A stretch of DNA of 64,000 bases from Candidatus Heimdallarchaeota archaeon (GCA_019056785.1 DXJV01000005.1:20716-84715), one strand, 5' to 3'; shown: positions 1 through 10,399, counted from the first letter of the stretch. Numbers and translations are program-made. Notes: a model not told the origin generated them from the sequence alone.

Positions 1-579
1 AATGTCTCCTTCCTTTAGTTTAGGCGCAAAGAAATCCATTTTTGCTTTAAAATTAGGGATGCTAATTCCTGCATGTAATTTCCACCGCTTAATTACATGT
101 CCGGTGAGGTCCGTGATGGGCGTTAACCCTTCTTTTGTTATTGTATTTTCAATGACTTCGCCTATGTCGCTTGGCCGAATGCCTGGTTTAATAACTTCGA
201 TTGCTTTTTCAAGTGCTAGCTCAGCAACCCGTCGTAGTTGCTGGTAGGTTTTGGTTCCTCCAACAAGAAAGGTTCGGGCATGATCCGAGATGTAGCCATC
301 GATATGTGCTCCGAGGTCTATTTTAACAATTGCTCTTTCTGGGACTAAAAGATCATCATCAATTGGCGAGGTATAATGGGCGGCTATTTGATTTATTGAG
401 ATATTCACAGGAAAAGCAGGTTTGCCACCTTGTCTCATAATTTCTTGTTCCAAGGTGTCACAAATATATTTGAGCTTCCGCCCTTTTGAGACCAGTTTCT
501 TGGCTTTTCGCATTACTTTATGAGCAATTATCCCGGCCTCGCGATATAAAGCAATTTCATCTTCGGTTAATTCTGACAA
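1..579 (-). CDS. map: Type II methionine aminopeptidase (3' end runs off window)
   Basis: Not in the ORF track. Manual translation from TTG at 579 (AGGTG RBS upstream) gives MSELTEDEIALYREAGIIAHKV...PAFPVNISINQIAAHYTSP...VKIDLGAHIDGYISDHART, with archaeal MetAP2 motifs. Confidence 0.93.
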   Translation of the reverse strand, partial: MSELTEDEIALYREAGIIAHKVMRKAKKLVSKGRKLKYICDTLEQEIMRQGGKPAFPVNISINQIAAHYTSPIDDDLLVPERAIVKIDLGAHIDGYISDHARTFLVGGTKTYQQLRRVAELALEKAIEVIKPGIRPSDIGEVIENTITKEGLTPITDLTGHVIKRWKLHAGISIPNFKAKMDFFAPKLKEGDI

Positions 580-660
580 ATGTTTCTAACACCTAATTAT
601 TTCACTAATGAATATCTAATCAAGAATTCATCATACTAATAAGTTTTGAGAAAGTTCTTT

Positions 661-1506
661 TTACTTTTGAAATAAATTCTTTAACCAGGACCAAAAGGCA
701 ATGGCTAGACTTTTCAACTCATACTTTTCTGGAAGCTGCCAGAGCATCCAAGAAGGAAGTGGGTATTGTTTAATTACTTGGAGGAGAAAGAGCGCAAATA
801 ACCCAAATAAAAGAAGGAGTGTGAGATAATCCCACCATTTGAGTCGTAATGAATACAAAAAGGTGCGTTTCTTCATTGCATTCCATCCTCGGGATTCAAT
901 GGCCTCTGCAAGCTGCCATGAGCGACGAAAAGCAGAAGCAAAAATGGGAATAAGTAAAGGAATCATATTTTTTAAACGTTTGAAAATATTCCCACGATCG
1001 ATTTGCAGTCCCCTTGCTTTCTGAGCGGCAACAATAATAGCTGTCTCTTTTGTTAAAGTAGGAATGAACCTATAAGCCGTACTAATGGCCCAGGCAAGAG
1101 AATAGGGAAACCTAAATTTAATGAACATTTGAGAAAGCTCGTCTGGTGAAACCGTTTGAAAGAAAATGCCAAACACTTCAGCCAGAATCAAAAAGCGAAA
1201 CCCCATAGCAAGTCCGGCTGTGGTTGGTGAGGGGACGTTTTTCAATAAGAGAGCATTAAGAATTATGATCAAGAGCACCAAAGGTAAAACTGTAATCATT
1301 GCTCGCAACCATTTCTTGAAAAACTTTGCAAGGAGGACTAAGGGGGTCACACCAGCAAAAAGAAGCATCAATGGGACAAGGTCTCTAAAAAGAATGGTGT
1401 AACAAGTTAAAACTATAACGAAAAGCATTTTTGTTCGGGGATCGAAGCGATGGATAAGCGACTTGTCTTGCTCATAATTGAAATACTCTAAAATTCGTGT
1501 GCTCAT
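661..1506 (-). CDS. ecfT: ECF transporter transmembrane component T
   Basis: IHRFDPRTK N-terminus, AYRFIPTL, AQKARG and AIESRG (X-R-X) motifs; hydrophobic. Confidence 0.93.
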   Translation of the reverse strand: MSTRILEYFNYEQDKSLIHRFDPRTKMLFVIVLTCYTILFRDLVPLMLLFAGVTPLVLLAKFFKKWLRAMITVLPLVLLIIILNALLLKNVPSPTTAGLAMGFRFLILAEVFGIFFQTVSPDELSQMFIKFRFPYSLAWAISTAYRFIPTLTKETAIIVAAQKARGLQIDRGNIFKRLKNMIPLLIPIFASAFRRSWQLAEAIESRGWNAMKKRTFLYSLRLKWWDYLTLLLLFGLFALFLLQVIKQYPLPSWMLWQLPEKYELKSLAIAFWSWLKNLFQK

Positions 1507-2351
1507 TTTTTACCCTCCTGAGACGCCGCTTGAAGTAGAATATCCTTAAACTTTTCAATGAATTCTACTTCCGATGTTGCCGGTAAGTATTCTTGGTTGG
1601 TCATTTTTGCAACTTTCTCTTGGATTTCCAATAAAATGGGTTTTTCCAAGTCCGCTTGTTGTATTAACAACTCATCCTGCAGGATTGTCTTTGACTCACC
1701 GTCAGCAATTATTTGTCCATCAACCAAAACAATTACTCGAGGGAAGTAGTCTAGGATAAAATCTATGTCGTGAGTAACAATGAATACTGTTATACCTTTG
1801 TTTCTCAAATCGCATAAATAGGTGCCAAGTCTTTTCTTCTGCCGGTAATCTTGCCCAAAAGTGGGTTCATCAAGAACCAAAATCTTTTGCCCCATAGTCA
1901 AAACAGAGGCGATAGAAACAAGTCTTCGTTCTCCTCCAGAAAGCTCTAAAGGACTTTTCTGAAGTAAATGAGTAATATTAAAATTTTCAGCAATTTTTTG
2001 AACCATTCGCTCCTGTTCCTCTTCCGGCATTCCAAGATTTTTGGGGCCAAATGCTAATTCTTTTTCAACGGTTTCCGCGAAGAGTTGATGATTCGGATTT
2101 TGAAAAGCCAAGCCAACTGTTTGTGCTAATTCAGAAATGGGCTTTTTAATGATGTTTTCATTATTTATCCACACTTCTCCTTTCGTGGGCTTTAATAGGC
2201 CAATTATGTGTTTTAAGAGCGTTGTTTTTCCTGCGCCGTTTTTCCCAACAAGCGCAACTAATTCTCCATCGGTTATTTTAAAACTAATGCCTTTCAAAAC
2301 ATCGGGATTTTTTTTAGCATACCGGAAATAAACGTCTCGAAATTCTATCAT
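1503..2351 (-). CDS. ecfA: ECF transporter ATPase
   Basis: GKNGAGKTT, FQNPNHQLF, LSGGE, LDEPT; overlaps ecfT by 4 nt. Confidence 0.92.
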   Translation of the reverse strand: MIEFRDVYFRYAKKNPDVLKGISFKITDGELVALVGKNGAGKTTLLKHIIGLLKPTKGEVWINNENIIKKPISELAQTVGLAFQNPNHQLFAETVEKELAFGPKNLGMPEEEQERMVQKIAENFNITHLLQKSPLELSGGERRLVSIASVLTMGQKILVLDEPTFGQDYRQKKRLGTYLCDLRNKGITVFIVTHDIDFILDYFPRVIVLVDGQIIADGESKTILQDELLIQQADLEKPILLEIQEKVAKMTNQEYLPATSEVEFIEKFKDILLQAASQEGKK

Positions 2352-3238
2352 ACGCTTTCTCTCCCTCCTTTGATAAACAATAAAAAGTCATCAATAGTCA
2401 GCGGTTCTGGGACTGCCAGTAGTTGTTTGCGGTGCTTTTCCGGGAGAATGGCAAAATTATCAGTTACTTTTTTGAGCTGTTCGTATAAGCTTGTAATTCT
2501 GGGATATAATTCGAGTGGATAGTTCTTGTTGTGCAGTACCTCTCTTGGTGGTCCAAAGGCTTTCAATTGTCCAGATTCAATATACGCAATTTTAGTAACA
2601 TATTGTAGATTCCTATCCAATCGATGTTCCGAAAGAATAACAGTTTTTCCTTGTTCTCGATTTAACTCGGCAATTTTTTTAATAATTTTGGTGGCACTTT
2701 GTGGTGAAAGGTGGGAGGTTGTTTCATCGAAAACAAGAATGGGTGGGTCAAGAGCAAGTGCAGAACCAATTGCTGTTAGTTGTTGTTCTCCACCTGAAAT
2801 GGCAAAAGGTGATTTATCCTGTATTTTTTCGAGGTCTAATAATGCAATAATCTCATTAACTCGGCGCCTTATCTCCTGTCGTGGAATGGCAAAATTCTCA
2901 AGTGGAAAAGCAATCTCGCGTTCCACAGTTAAAGCCGATAATTGGTTCTCAGGGTTTTGAAAAACAAAGCCGATAGTTTTGGCAAGTTGCGCGGTCTTTT
3001 TCTCGGCAATACTCTCACCAAATAACTTGACATCCCCCCCAAACAGCCCAGAATAAAAATGCGGGATTAATCCATTCAATGTTTTCAAAAGGGTCGATTT
3101 CCCAGAGCCACTATAGCCAACCAGGAGAACAAAATCCCCTTGTGCAACTTGAAAATTAACATTCTCCAGAGCAAATTTGTCGCAATTTTTGTACTTGAAA
3201 GTGACATTTTTGAGCTCAATCACAGGAGTGTATGTCAT
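2348..3238 (-). CDS. ecfA: ECF transporter ATPase
   Basis: GYSGSGKST, LNGLIPHF, FQNPENQL, ISGGEQQ, SEHRL; completes the A-A'-T module. Confidence 0.92.
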   Translation of the reverse strand: MTYTPVIELKNVTFKYKNCDKFALENVNFQVAQGDFVLLVGYSGSGKSTLLKTLNGLIPHFYSGLFGGDVKLFGESIAEKKTAQLAKTIGFVFQNPENQLSALTVEREIAFPLENFAIPRQEIRRRVNEIIALLDLEKIQDKSPFAISGGEQQLTAIGSALALDPPILVFDETTSHLSPQSATKIIKKIAELNREQGKTVILSEHRLDRNLQYVTKIAYIESGQLKAFGPPREVLHNKNYPLELYPRITSLYEQLKKVTDNFAILPEKHRKQLLAVPEPLTIDDFLLFIKGGRESV

Positions 3239-3262
3239 TTTTCCTGAACCTTGTTCTTACCC

Positions 3263-4276
3263 TTATTTCAAACACTTTCTCAGCAGTTTAAAAGTTTCGT
3301 TCTTCAACTCATTTTCGGGAATTTCTGCTTCGATGGTTAATGCTGCTGCGGTGGAATGGCCGCCACCATCACCATGGAAGTGTTCCCCCAAGGGGCGCAT
3401 AATATCACTTCCAAAATTGATGTTTGTTTCCCGATAAAAGTTACTTGTTGCTCGAACGATTAAACGAGTGAGTTTTTTACGCTTTGTATAAACAAGAGCA
3501 ACATCTGCTCCTAAATCTAGAATTCCTCGGGCAGCAGAACCCTCATAAGAACCAACTCGACTCCAGACTATGACCCAATTATTCAGTTTTTCTAATTGCA
3601 ATCTCGAAGCACACTTTAATCTTGCGATTTTCTCAGGCGGTTCCAAAGGGTTTTGCAGTAAAGAGACTGCTAAATCATAGTCACCTCCCAGTTCAATTAA
3701 GGTTCCGGTTGTCCGTAATAAGGAGAGGTTCAGATGATAAAACCGGCGACTGTCGTATATAATCCCTGCTAACAAAGCTGTTAAGAGTTTTTTTGGCGGT
3801 TTTAATCCTAATTCAATAATTAGCTCAGCAATTATTTCTGCGGTGGAGGATTTGTTTTCATCTATAAATGCAAGGGCATTTTTTTCGCTTAGTTCGGAAG
3901 GAGTGTGATGATCAATAATAATAACATCTTTTTCGAGATGTTTTTCCACCAATGATTTGAATTTCCCGAGCTGGATAAGAACATTCACATCGACAATTAT
4001 TAGTAAGTCATACTCTTTGTCAGTTTTTGTTAGGTATTCTCTATTGTAGAAATCCATTAATCTTGTAGTATGAGGGCTGACGCCGTCAACTAAAATGTCA
4101 ATTGTTGCTTTGGGCTGTAAATGCTCAAGAATAAATGCCATTGCAAAGGTTGAAGCAATAGAATCAGGATCAACGCTATTATGCCCCAGGATAGCAACAG
4201 ACTGCAATTGTCTTGAGCGAAGCTCATTAATTAATTGTGTGTACCAATTCACTGAGAAAAATTCTCCTTTAGCCAT
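3263..4276 (-). CDS. DHH/DHHA1 family phosphoesterase (NrnA-like)
   Basis: HNSVDPDS, IVDV, IDHH and GGGHSTAA motifs. Confidence 0.9.
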   Translation of the reverse strand: MAKGEFFSVNWYTQLINELRSRQLQSVAILGHNSVDPDSIASTFAMAFILEHLQPKATIDILVDGVSPHTTRLMDFYNREYLTKTDKEYDLLIIVDVNVLIQLGKFKSLVEKHLEKDVIIIDHHTPSELSEKNALAFIDENKSSTAEIIAELIIELGLKPPKKLLTALLAGIIYDSRRFYHLNLSLLRTTGTLIELGGDYDLAVSLLQNPLEPPEKIARLKCASRLQLEKLNNWVIVWSRVGSYEGSAARGILDLGADVALVYTKRKKLTRLIVRATSNFYRETNINFGSDIMRPLGEHFHGDGGGHSTAAALTIEAEIPENELKNETFKLLRKCLK

Positions 4277-4566
4277 TGATCCAAGTTTGCAAAGGTTTCT
4301 TCTAAAATCTTTTGAATAACTTCTTCTTCAGCTTTCTGACGCTGAGGTCGCGTCAGTAGTAATTCGGCATTAATAATCAATTCTTTACCGGTATTGTAAT
4401 TGACATCCACAATAATTTCGTAATTCTTTACTGTTGCTGGAGCAACTCGCTTTTCGAGAGTGGTATGAATGAAAGAATGCACTGTTTCTGAAATCTTGAG
4501 TAGGTCGTCCTCTGTGAGTTCCCGCAAACCAAGATTTACTATTGCTAACTTTTTTTCGTCTTTCAC
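4249..4566 (-). CDS. Small archaeal conserved protein (DUF3194-like)
   Basis: 105 aa; lies between prefoldin-beta and a DHH protein, the usual archaeal context of DUF3194. Confidence 0.55.
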   Translation of the reverse strand: MKDEKKLAIVNLGLRELTEDDLLKISETVHSFIHTTLEKRVAPATVKNYEIIVDVNYNTGKELIINAELLLTRPQRQKAEEEVIQKILEETFANLDQWLKENFSQ

Positions 4567-4597
4567 GAGAATCTACCAAAAAGTTAGTAAGTATGGT

Positions 4598-4948
4598 TTA
4601 TTTACCACCTTCGAAAGCGGCTTTCAGCTCTTTCTCAATCTCATCGAATTGCTTCTTGAGTTTGTTCAAGCTCTTTTCTGAAAGTTCTATGCGCGTTTTA
4701 GCTAATTCTTTTTGATCTTTCAGTTTAGTTTTCGTTTCTTTAATGGTAGATTTTACCAGTAACCGCCCGATGCTTCGATAACAAATCTCATCATCAGGTC
4801 GCTCTTCAATTTCCTTTAAAGCTTTATCGATATCCATTTGTTCAATTTTCAGTGCTTGTATCTGTTGTTGCACTGAACCAATTTGCTGTTGGAGAGATTG
4901 GTAACGTTTAATTTTTTCCTCTAATTGTGGGCTTAATCCTTTTGCCAA
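4598..4948 (-). CDS. pfdB: Prefoldin subunit beta
   Basis: Coiled-coil - YRSIGRLLVK hairpin - coiled-coil. Start moved to TTG 4948, which has GGAGG upstream (ORF track start 5014). Confidence 0.93.
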   Translation of the reverse strand: MAKGLSPQLEEKIKRYQSLQQQIGSVQQQIQALKIEQMDIDKALKEIEERPDDEICYRSIGRLLVKSTIKETKTKLKDQKELAKTRIELSEKSLNKLKKQFDEIEKELKAAFEGGK

Positions 4949-5109
4949 AGGGAATCCTCCTTTTATCTGATTTACAACAACGAAAAGTGCCTTTAAATAA
5001 ACTTTCGGTAGCAATCATAAAGAAGGAGAAAAGTTTTTTCTTTTCATTATCCAAATTTTTTTAATTATGTTGTGTCAATTCCTTTTTTACAAAGTCCAAA
5101 AAGGATTAA

Positions 5110-6339
5110 TTGCGGATGACTGTCTACTTGGCTTTTCTGTTGCACATTTACCAACCTCCTACACAGAAAGCAAAAGTGTTAAAACAAGTCATTAAGGAAT
5201 CTTATGAACCTCTTTTTGCAACCTTGCTAAATTATACTTCTACCAAATTGACCTTTAATATCAATGGTTCGTTACTCGAGTTACTCGAGTTATATCAAGA
5301 AGAAGGGTTATTGGGTGACATCCGGAAAGCTGTTTTTTCCGGTCAGATTGATTTAGTTGGTTCGAGTTGTTATCATGCCATTTTACCATTAATACCAAAA
5401 GAAGAGATTATTCGCCAAATCGAACTGAATGAAAAACTTCATGATAGAATCCTGGGACAAGGGGCAATCGCTTCTCACGGTTTTTGGCTTCCAGAGATGG
5501 CTTACGATCATCGGGTTATTGAACCCCTCGTCGAGAAAAATTATGCTTGGAGTGTTCTCTCGAGTGTTGCTTTACCAACAAAGGAATTGCCCCAAAATTT
5601 CATCCCCACAGTGAACGGTTCCTTTTCTACTTTTTTCAGAAATGACCTTCTCTCAAATTTCATTTCTTTTAAACATCCAACTGTTGAGAACTTTTTTAAC
5701 CAGATGCTTAAAGGGAAAAATGTCCGAGAAGATAGTTATGTCATTCTGGCAATGGATGGGGAGACATATGGCCATCACGTGAAGGGGCTTGTTGAAGACT
5801 TTCTTGCACCATTGATCTCTAAAGTACAAGACGATCCTGATGTAACTTTTGCGAAGATAGCTGATTTGCCGGCATTGTTTAAAGAGCGACGGGCAGTTGT
5901 TCCACGTTCAAGTTCATGGTCAACAACAGAGGAAGACATTCAACGTGGGATACCTTTTCCCTTGTGGTCTGACCCGAATAATCATATTCACAATTTACAA
6001 CTATTGGTAATGAACCATACCCTTCATTTGGTGGCAACGGCACAACAGTACCAAAAGCTGAAAAAATTCGCCCAGGAAGAAACTATTCAGCAGAAGTTTC
6101 AGAATTCCCGTTCATGGTTAGACCGGGGATTGCACAGTTGTCAACTCTGGTGGGCATCAAAACGCCCCTGGTATTCTGCGGAAATGATTTTGGAAGGTTT
6201 GAATCAGCTGATTCTGGCAGCATCTGAAGCATTAAAAGTTATTCTTTTTACAAGCGAAAAGGAGGAAGAGAAAAAGAAAGCTATGGCTATTTTTGATGAA
6301 ATTTTTCACGCACAAAAAGAGATTTACTTAACTGTTTAA
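5110..6339 (+). CDS. Glycoside hydrolase family 57 protein
   Basis: HIYQP, YHAILPLIP, FWLPEMAY (nucleophile Glu) and MDGETYGHH (acid/base Asp). Confidence 0.9.
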   Translation: MRMTVYLAFLLHIYQPPTQKAKVLKQVIKESYEPLFATLLNYTSTKLTFNINGSLLELLELYQEEGLLGDIRKAVFSGQIDLVGSSCYHAILPLIPKEEIIRQIELNEKLHDRILGQGAIASHGFWLPEMAYDHRVIEPLVEKNYAWSVLSSVALPTKELPQNFIPTVNGSFSTFFRNDLLSNFISFKHPTVENFFNQMLKGKNVREDSYVILAMDGETYGHHVKGLVEDFLAPLISKVQDDPDVTFAKIADLPALFKERRAVVPRSSSWSTTEEDIQRGIPFPLWSDPNNHIHNLQLLVMNHTLHLVATAQQYQKLKKFAQEETIQQKFQNSRSWLDRGLHSCQLWWASKRPWYSAEMILEGLNQLILAASEALKVILFTSEKEEEKKKAMAIFDEIFHAQKEIYLTV

Positions 6340-7605
6340 TTGCTTTTCTTTTTGCTGTGTTGTTTTTCTTTTTGTTACAGTTTGATATTTTAAATGGTCT
6401 TTTCGCGTTTTCCACCAATGGTTGCGCCATTCTTTGAAGATTTTTTGATAAATTTCAATTGTTTGGTCCGCAATAATCTCCCAGTCAAAAACATGAATCA
6501 ATTTTTCATAGGCATTTTTGACTATTTTTTGGCGTAATTTTTCATCATCCAGCAATTTTATCAGTGCTTCAGCGATGGCATGCGAATTATCCGGTGGGAC
6601 TTTATAACCGGTCCAATGGTGATCAATGATCTCTGAAAGCCCTCCCACATCTGAAACGACTACTGGTGTTTTCGTAGCCATTCCTTCGAGGGCGACGATC
6701 CCGAATGGCTCATATGTTGAGGGAACGACAAGAATATCGGCAACGTTCAAATAGGCAAGAAAATCCTCTTCAGGAAGGTAGCCTGTAAACAGTACTTTGT
6801 TATTTAAACCGAGTTCTTGAGCAATGCGCTCGAGCTCTTTCCGGTGCCAACCTTCGCCGGCAATAACGAATTTTGTATTTGGTTTTTTTTCCAAAACCGC
6901 AGGAATTGCTCCCAGCAAAACATTAACCCCTTTCTCCGGGACCAAACGGCCAATATAGGCAACTATTTTTTCTTCGGGTTTAGCATATTTCAAGTGATGT
7001 TTTTTCTGTTCTTCTTTTGATAATTTTATATTGAACTCTTTATAACGAACTCCGTTTGGAATGATACTCATTTTGTCTTGTGGGAAGTCAAAGGCGAAAT
7101 GACAAAGTGATTGCATATATTGGCTACAAACAATCAAATGCCATGATTCTTGGATGAGCAAATTCTCAATCTGATCAATCATTCGCTGACCATCATTGTA
7201 GAGCCCATTCCGTCTTCCTCGCTCGAGAGAATGAATCGTCACCAATAAGGGTTTTCGGAAGAGGTGTTTAAGACCTATAGCTGCCAGTGCAACGAGCCAG
7301 TCATGAGCATGGATGATATCGATGTCATATTTTCTGACAAGTTCAATAGCCTTTTGCTCCATCAAGAGGTTCATATTGAGGTCCCAATGAAGGAAGTCCG
7401 GTGCAGGAATTGCATAGGCATCAAAGCGATGGACATGAACCCCATTAACAACTTCATACTCCTTTGCGCCGGGAAAGCTGCAGGTTAAAATATGAACTTC
7501 TAAACTTTTTTGCACAAGCATTTGTGAGAGATCATTAACATGGGCCGCCAAGCCACCTACTTTGAATGGGGGAAATTCCCAACTAAGCATTAGTACACGA
7601 AGCAT
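6328..7605 (-). CDS. GT4 family glycosyltransferase
   Basis: SWEFPP...GGL, HAHDW, GRLVPEKG and YEPFGIVALEGM. Confidence 0.92.
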   Translation of the reverse strand: MLRVLMLSWEFPPFKVGGLAAHVNDLSQMLVQKSLEVHILTCSFPGAKEYEVVNGVHVHRFDAYAIPAPDFLHWDLNMNLLMEQKAIELVRKYDIDIIHAHDWLVALAAIGLKHLFRKPLLVTIHSLERGRRNGLYNDGQRMIDQIENLLIQESWHLIVCSQYMQSLCHFAFDFPQDKMSIIPNGVRYKEFNIKLSKEEQKKHHLKYAKPEEKIVAYIGRLVPEKGVNVLLGAIPAVLEKKPNTKFVIAGEGWHRKELERIAQELGLNNKVLFTGYLPEEDFLAYLNVADILVVPSTYEPFGIVALEGMATKTPVVVSDVGGLSEIIDHHWTGYKVPPDNSHAIAEALIKLLDDEKLRQKIVKNAYEKLIHVFDWEIIADQTIEIYQKIFKEWRNHWWKTRKDHLKYQTVTKRKTTQQKEKQLNS

Positions 7606-7610
7606 CTTTT

Positions 7611-8252
7611 TTAGCTCTCCTCCTTGTACTCTGAGGGCAATAAAGTAAGGTACTGTTGAAAAATCTTCGGCGCAATTTTTCTCTGACGTATTTTTTGGGT
7701 TATAACTTTCGCTGGATCTAAATTATATTCTTCAATAGCATTCAACATCAATTGGTCTGTATCCACTAAAATTAAATCTACATTTTTTAGTGCTTTTTCT
7801 TCAATCTTTTTTAATCCTTGATGATAAGGGAAGTGAGCATTCTCTCTAGATATCTGTATGGAAGTGGTTGTATAAACAACTTTAGGTTGAATGTTACCAT
7901 CCCACGGAACAAGCAAAGGGAGTGTCTGCCATTCAAATAAATGGATGATATCTACTTGATGTTCATGCATGATCGCAGCAATGGCTGCTTGATAAGCGCA
8001 TTTAAGATTTAATATGATGGTTAAGTCAGAAATGTTATTTGGTATGTGATTTGGAATTCGATTAACAACAATTCCATTCTCATTCGTAATGTCCGAACGC
8101 CAATCATCGAATGTAACGACCCAAACATTTGTCTCCTTTTTCAGGCAGAAGGTGGCAAGCTGAAAGACAACATCACTGATGGGTGAGAGTCGTCGAGGTG
8201 GATATTCAAATGAAACTAGAATTACACCTGATAAGGATTTTTCGCTAGTCAT
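7611..8252 (-). CDS. Stand-alone GT4 N-terminal domain protein
   Basis: SFEYPP and DIIHLFEW align with SWEFPP and DIIHAHDW of the neighbouring GT4; no C-terminal EX7E domain. Confidence 0.7.
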   Translation of the reverse strand: MTSEKSLSGVILVSFEYPPRRLSPISDVVFQLATFCLKKETNVWVVTFDDWRSDITNENGIVVNRIPNHIPNNISDLTIILNLKCAYQAAIAAIMHEHQVDIIHLFEWQTLPLLVPWDGNIQPKVVYTTTSIQISRENAHFPYHQGLKKIEEKALKNVDLILVDTDQLMLNAIEEYNLDPAKVITQKIRQRKIAPKIFQQYLTLLPSEYKEES

Positions 8253-8346
8253 TTATTTATCCACTCTTGTTCAATATTTCTCTGTAGCTCAAAGGATAAG
8301 CTTTACATTTTATACTAAGAGAATTGGTCGTTTCAGCATTTAATTG

Positions 8347-8583
8347 TTAGGTGAAAATCGCTGCCACAGCGATAATTCCTTTCCCCAGAAGGAAGTACCT
8401 ATCGTTAAATTGTCCAATATATCCTTGTTCAACCAATTCTTTGATGATTTCTTCTAAATTATACCCAGGGATATTTTGAATCAGATTATTTAGTTCTTCA
8501 AAAGTAAGGGCTGATTTAGGTTTAGTGATGCCATTTGAAAAAAGTAAATGGCAAACATGAAAGAGCTTATTTGTTTGAGCCAT
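8347..8583 (-). CDS. Small winged-helix-like protein
   Basis: LTFEEL...LEEIIKELVEQGYIGQFNDRYFLLGKG resembles a wHTH recognition helix plus wing. Confidence 0.55.
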   Translation of the reverse strand: MAQTNKLFHVCHLLFSNGITKPKSALTFEELNNLIQNIPGYNLEEIIKELVEQGYIGQFNDRYFLLGKGIIAVAAIFT

Positions 8584-8655
8584 TTTATCACAGTATTTGA
8601 TTTAGGTTAGGGCATTAAAAAGATTTTCAATAACTCCTATGAAAAACTGCTTTTA

Positions 8656-9207
8656 TTATCGTAACACCGGTGGTTCAATTTCTTCTGTTTGAACGATTTC
8701 TATTTCAATGTCAGTCGAAGAGACTCTCCCTGAGAAGATGACTGAATATTGGTTGTCAGCTTTCCGGTAACGAACAATATTGTATTCCCCTTCTCCTTCA
8801 TTAAAGTAGATATAAAGTAAAACCTCTGCAAGGTCTTTGAAATAGGAGCCACGAAGTACTTTGGAAATATCAAATTTTGATTGTAATGGAATCCTTACCA
8901 CAAGTAAAATGTCATCTTCAAATGGTCTGAAATTTTTCCCTTTAGTATAGCGGAGCATAATTTGTCCTAATTGTCTATCACATCTCGGGCAAAACGGTTT
9001 CAATTGCCCATGCACCATTCGAAAACCCACCCCTCGTTTGCACAGATAAAGAATGCCATCATTCACGCAATAGTAGGAACCATGTAAAAATCGATCATCA
9101 AAACTACTAATCTTGAAAATCCGTCCATAGGGACAACTGACGCAGGGTGAATCACAATCTAGATAAATGTCACTCAATTTACAATTGCTCTCCAGTGTTT
9201 TATTCAT
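8656..9207 (-). CDS. Hypothetical Cys-rich (putative Zn-binding) protein
   Basis: ATG-start 183-aa ORF with CDSPCVSC, YYC, YLC and CPRC. Confidence 0.65.
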   Translation of the reverse strand: MNKTLESNCKLSDIYLDCDSPCVSCPYGRIFKISSFDDRFLHGSYYCVNDGILYLCKRGVGFRMVHGQLKPFCPRCDRQLGQIMLRYTKGKNFRPFEDDILLVVRIPLQSKFDISKVLRGSYFKDLAEVLLYIYFNEGEGEYNIVRYRKADNQYSVIFSGRVSSTDIEIEIVQTEEIEPPVLR

Positions 9208-9436
9208 TAAACTAAATAATGAATCATGTACCTATTTATCTTATAGACTGATTACTTAAAAGATTAACTTATCTCATTAAAAGATTGTTGCCTAAGAAAA
9301 AGGCTCGTTAAAATGTTCTTTTTTACACCAAACGAATCTTTTGAAAGAAGGGCTCTGTTAGTTGCTTTTTCAAAGCGCGTGAGGATTAAATAGCGAAAGG
9401 AGAAATTAATAAATTAAAGAAGATACTGGTAGAAAT

Positions 9437-10399
9437 ATGAAGTATATTGGCTCAATTGGTGAGGTTTTAATTGATTTCATTGCTCAAGAAAGACAGCAAA
9501 AAGACTCTGTCGCTACGTTTCTCAAATTGCCGGGTGGTGCTCCTGCGAACTTTGCAGTTGGAATTGCAAGGTTAGGAGCCAAGGTGCGTTTTTTCGGAAA
9601 GGTGAGCGATGACCCTTTTGGCCAATTCTTAGTAAAAAAACTTGCCGAAGAGGGTGTGGGGATTGAAAATCTTGTCACCGCGAAAAATGGCGAAAAGACA
9701 TCACTAGCGTTTGTCTTTCTAAATGCTTCAGGTGAACGGAGTTTTCTTTTTTATCGAGAGAATGCTGCGGATGCAGCCCTCACTCCTGAAGAACTTGATC
9801 CTTTACTGTTTAAGGACCTCCAATATCTTCATTTTGGAGTGATCTCTTTATTAAGCGAGCCAAGTAAAAGTGCAACCTTCAAAGCGATCGAGTATTGTAA
9901 AAACAATGGTGGAGTTATTTGTTTCGACCCAAATATCAGGAAAGATTTACTTCGTAATGAAGAGGAATTTCGAGCGCTACTTAACGCTGCCCTCCAAACA
10001 GTGGATATCTTTTATCCATCAGAAAAAGAGCTGACTTTTATTCTTGACCGAAAAATGCCCCCTCAGAAGGCCATTCTCGAGATAATGGCAAACTATCCGT
10101 TGAAAATTGTTGCTTTAAAATTAGGGAAGGATGGTTGCCTCCTAAAATCACGAGACGGCTTTTTCTCCACAATACCTTCTTTCGAAGTGCCAGTAGTAGA
10201 TACAACAGGAGCAGGTGATGGCTTTAATGCCGGGTTCATTTTCGGGCTGTCACAAGGCATGTCGCTCGAGGAAGCAGGAATATTAGGTAATGCTGTGGGT
10301 GCCTTGGTTGTCGGGAAAAAAGGAGCAATGACTGCTTTACCGACTCTAACAGAATTGAAGGCTTTTTTGACTGCTCAGAAGATTCAAATATTAAAATAA
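9437..10399 (+). CDS. PfkB family carbohydrate kinase (fructokinase-like)
   Basis: GGAPANFAVGIARLG, FDPNIR and VDTTGAGDGF. Confidence 0.93.
   Translation: MKYIGSIGEVLIDFIAQERQQKDSVATFLKLPGGAPANFAVGIARLGAKVRFFGKVSDDPFGQFLVKKLAEEGVGIENLVTAKNGEKTSLAFVFLNASGERSFLFYRENAADAALTPEELDPLLFKDLQYLHFGVISLLSEPSKSATFKAIEYCKNNGGVICFDPNIRKDLLRNEEEFRALLNAALQTVDIFYPSEKELTFILDRKMPPQKAILEIMANYPLKIVALKLGKDGCLLKSRDGFFSTIPSFEVPVVDTTGAGDGFNAGFIFGLSQGMSLEEAGILGNAVGALVVGKKGAMTALPTLTELKAFLTAQKIQILK

Noticed and set aside
2-247. 81-aa plus-strand ORF
   Set aside because: Antisense shadow of map. The same applies to the many 60-175 aa ORFs lying opposite to, or out of frame within, well-supported genes.
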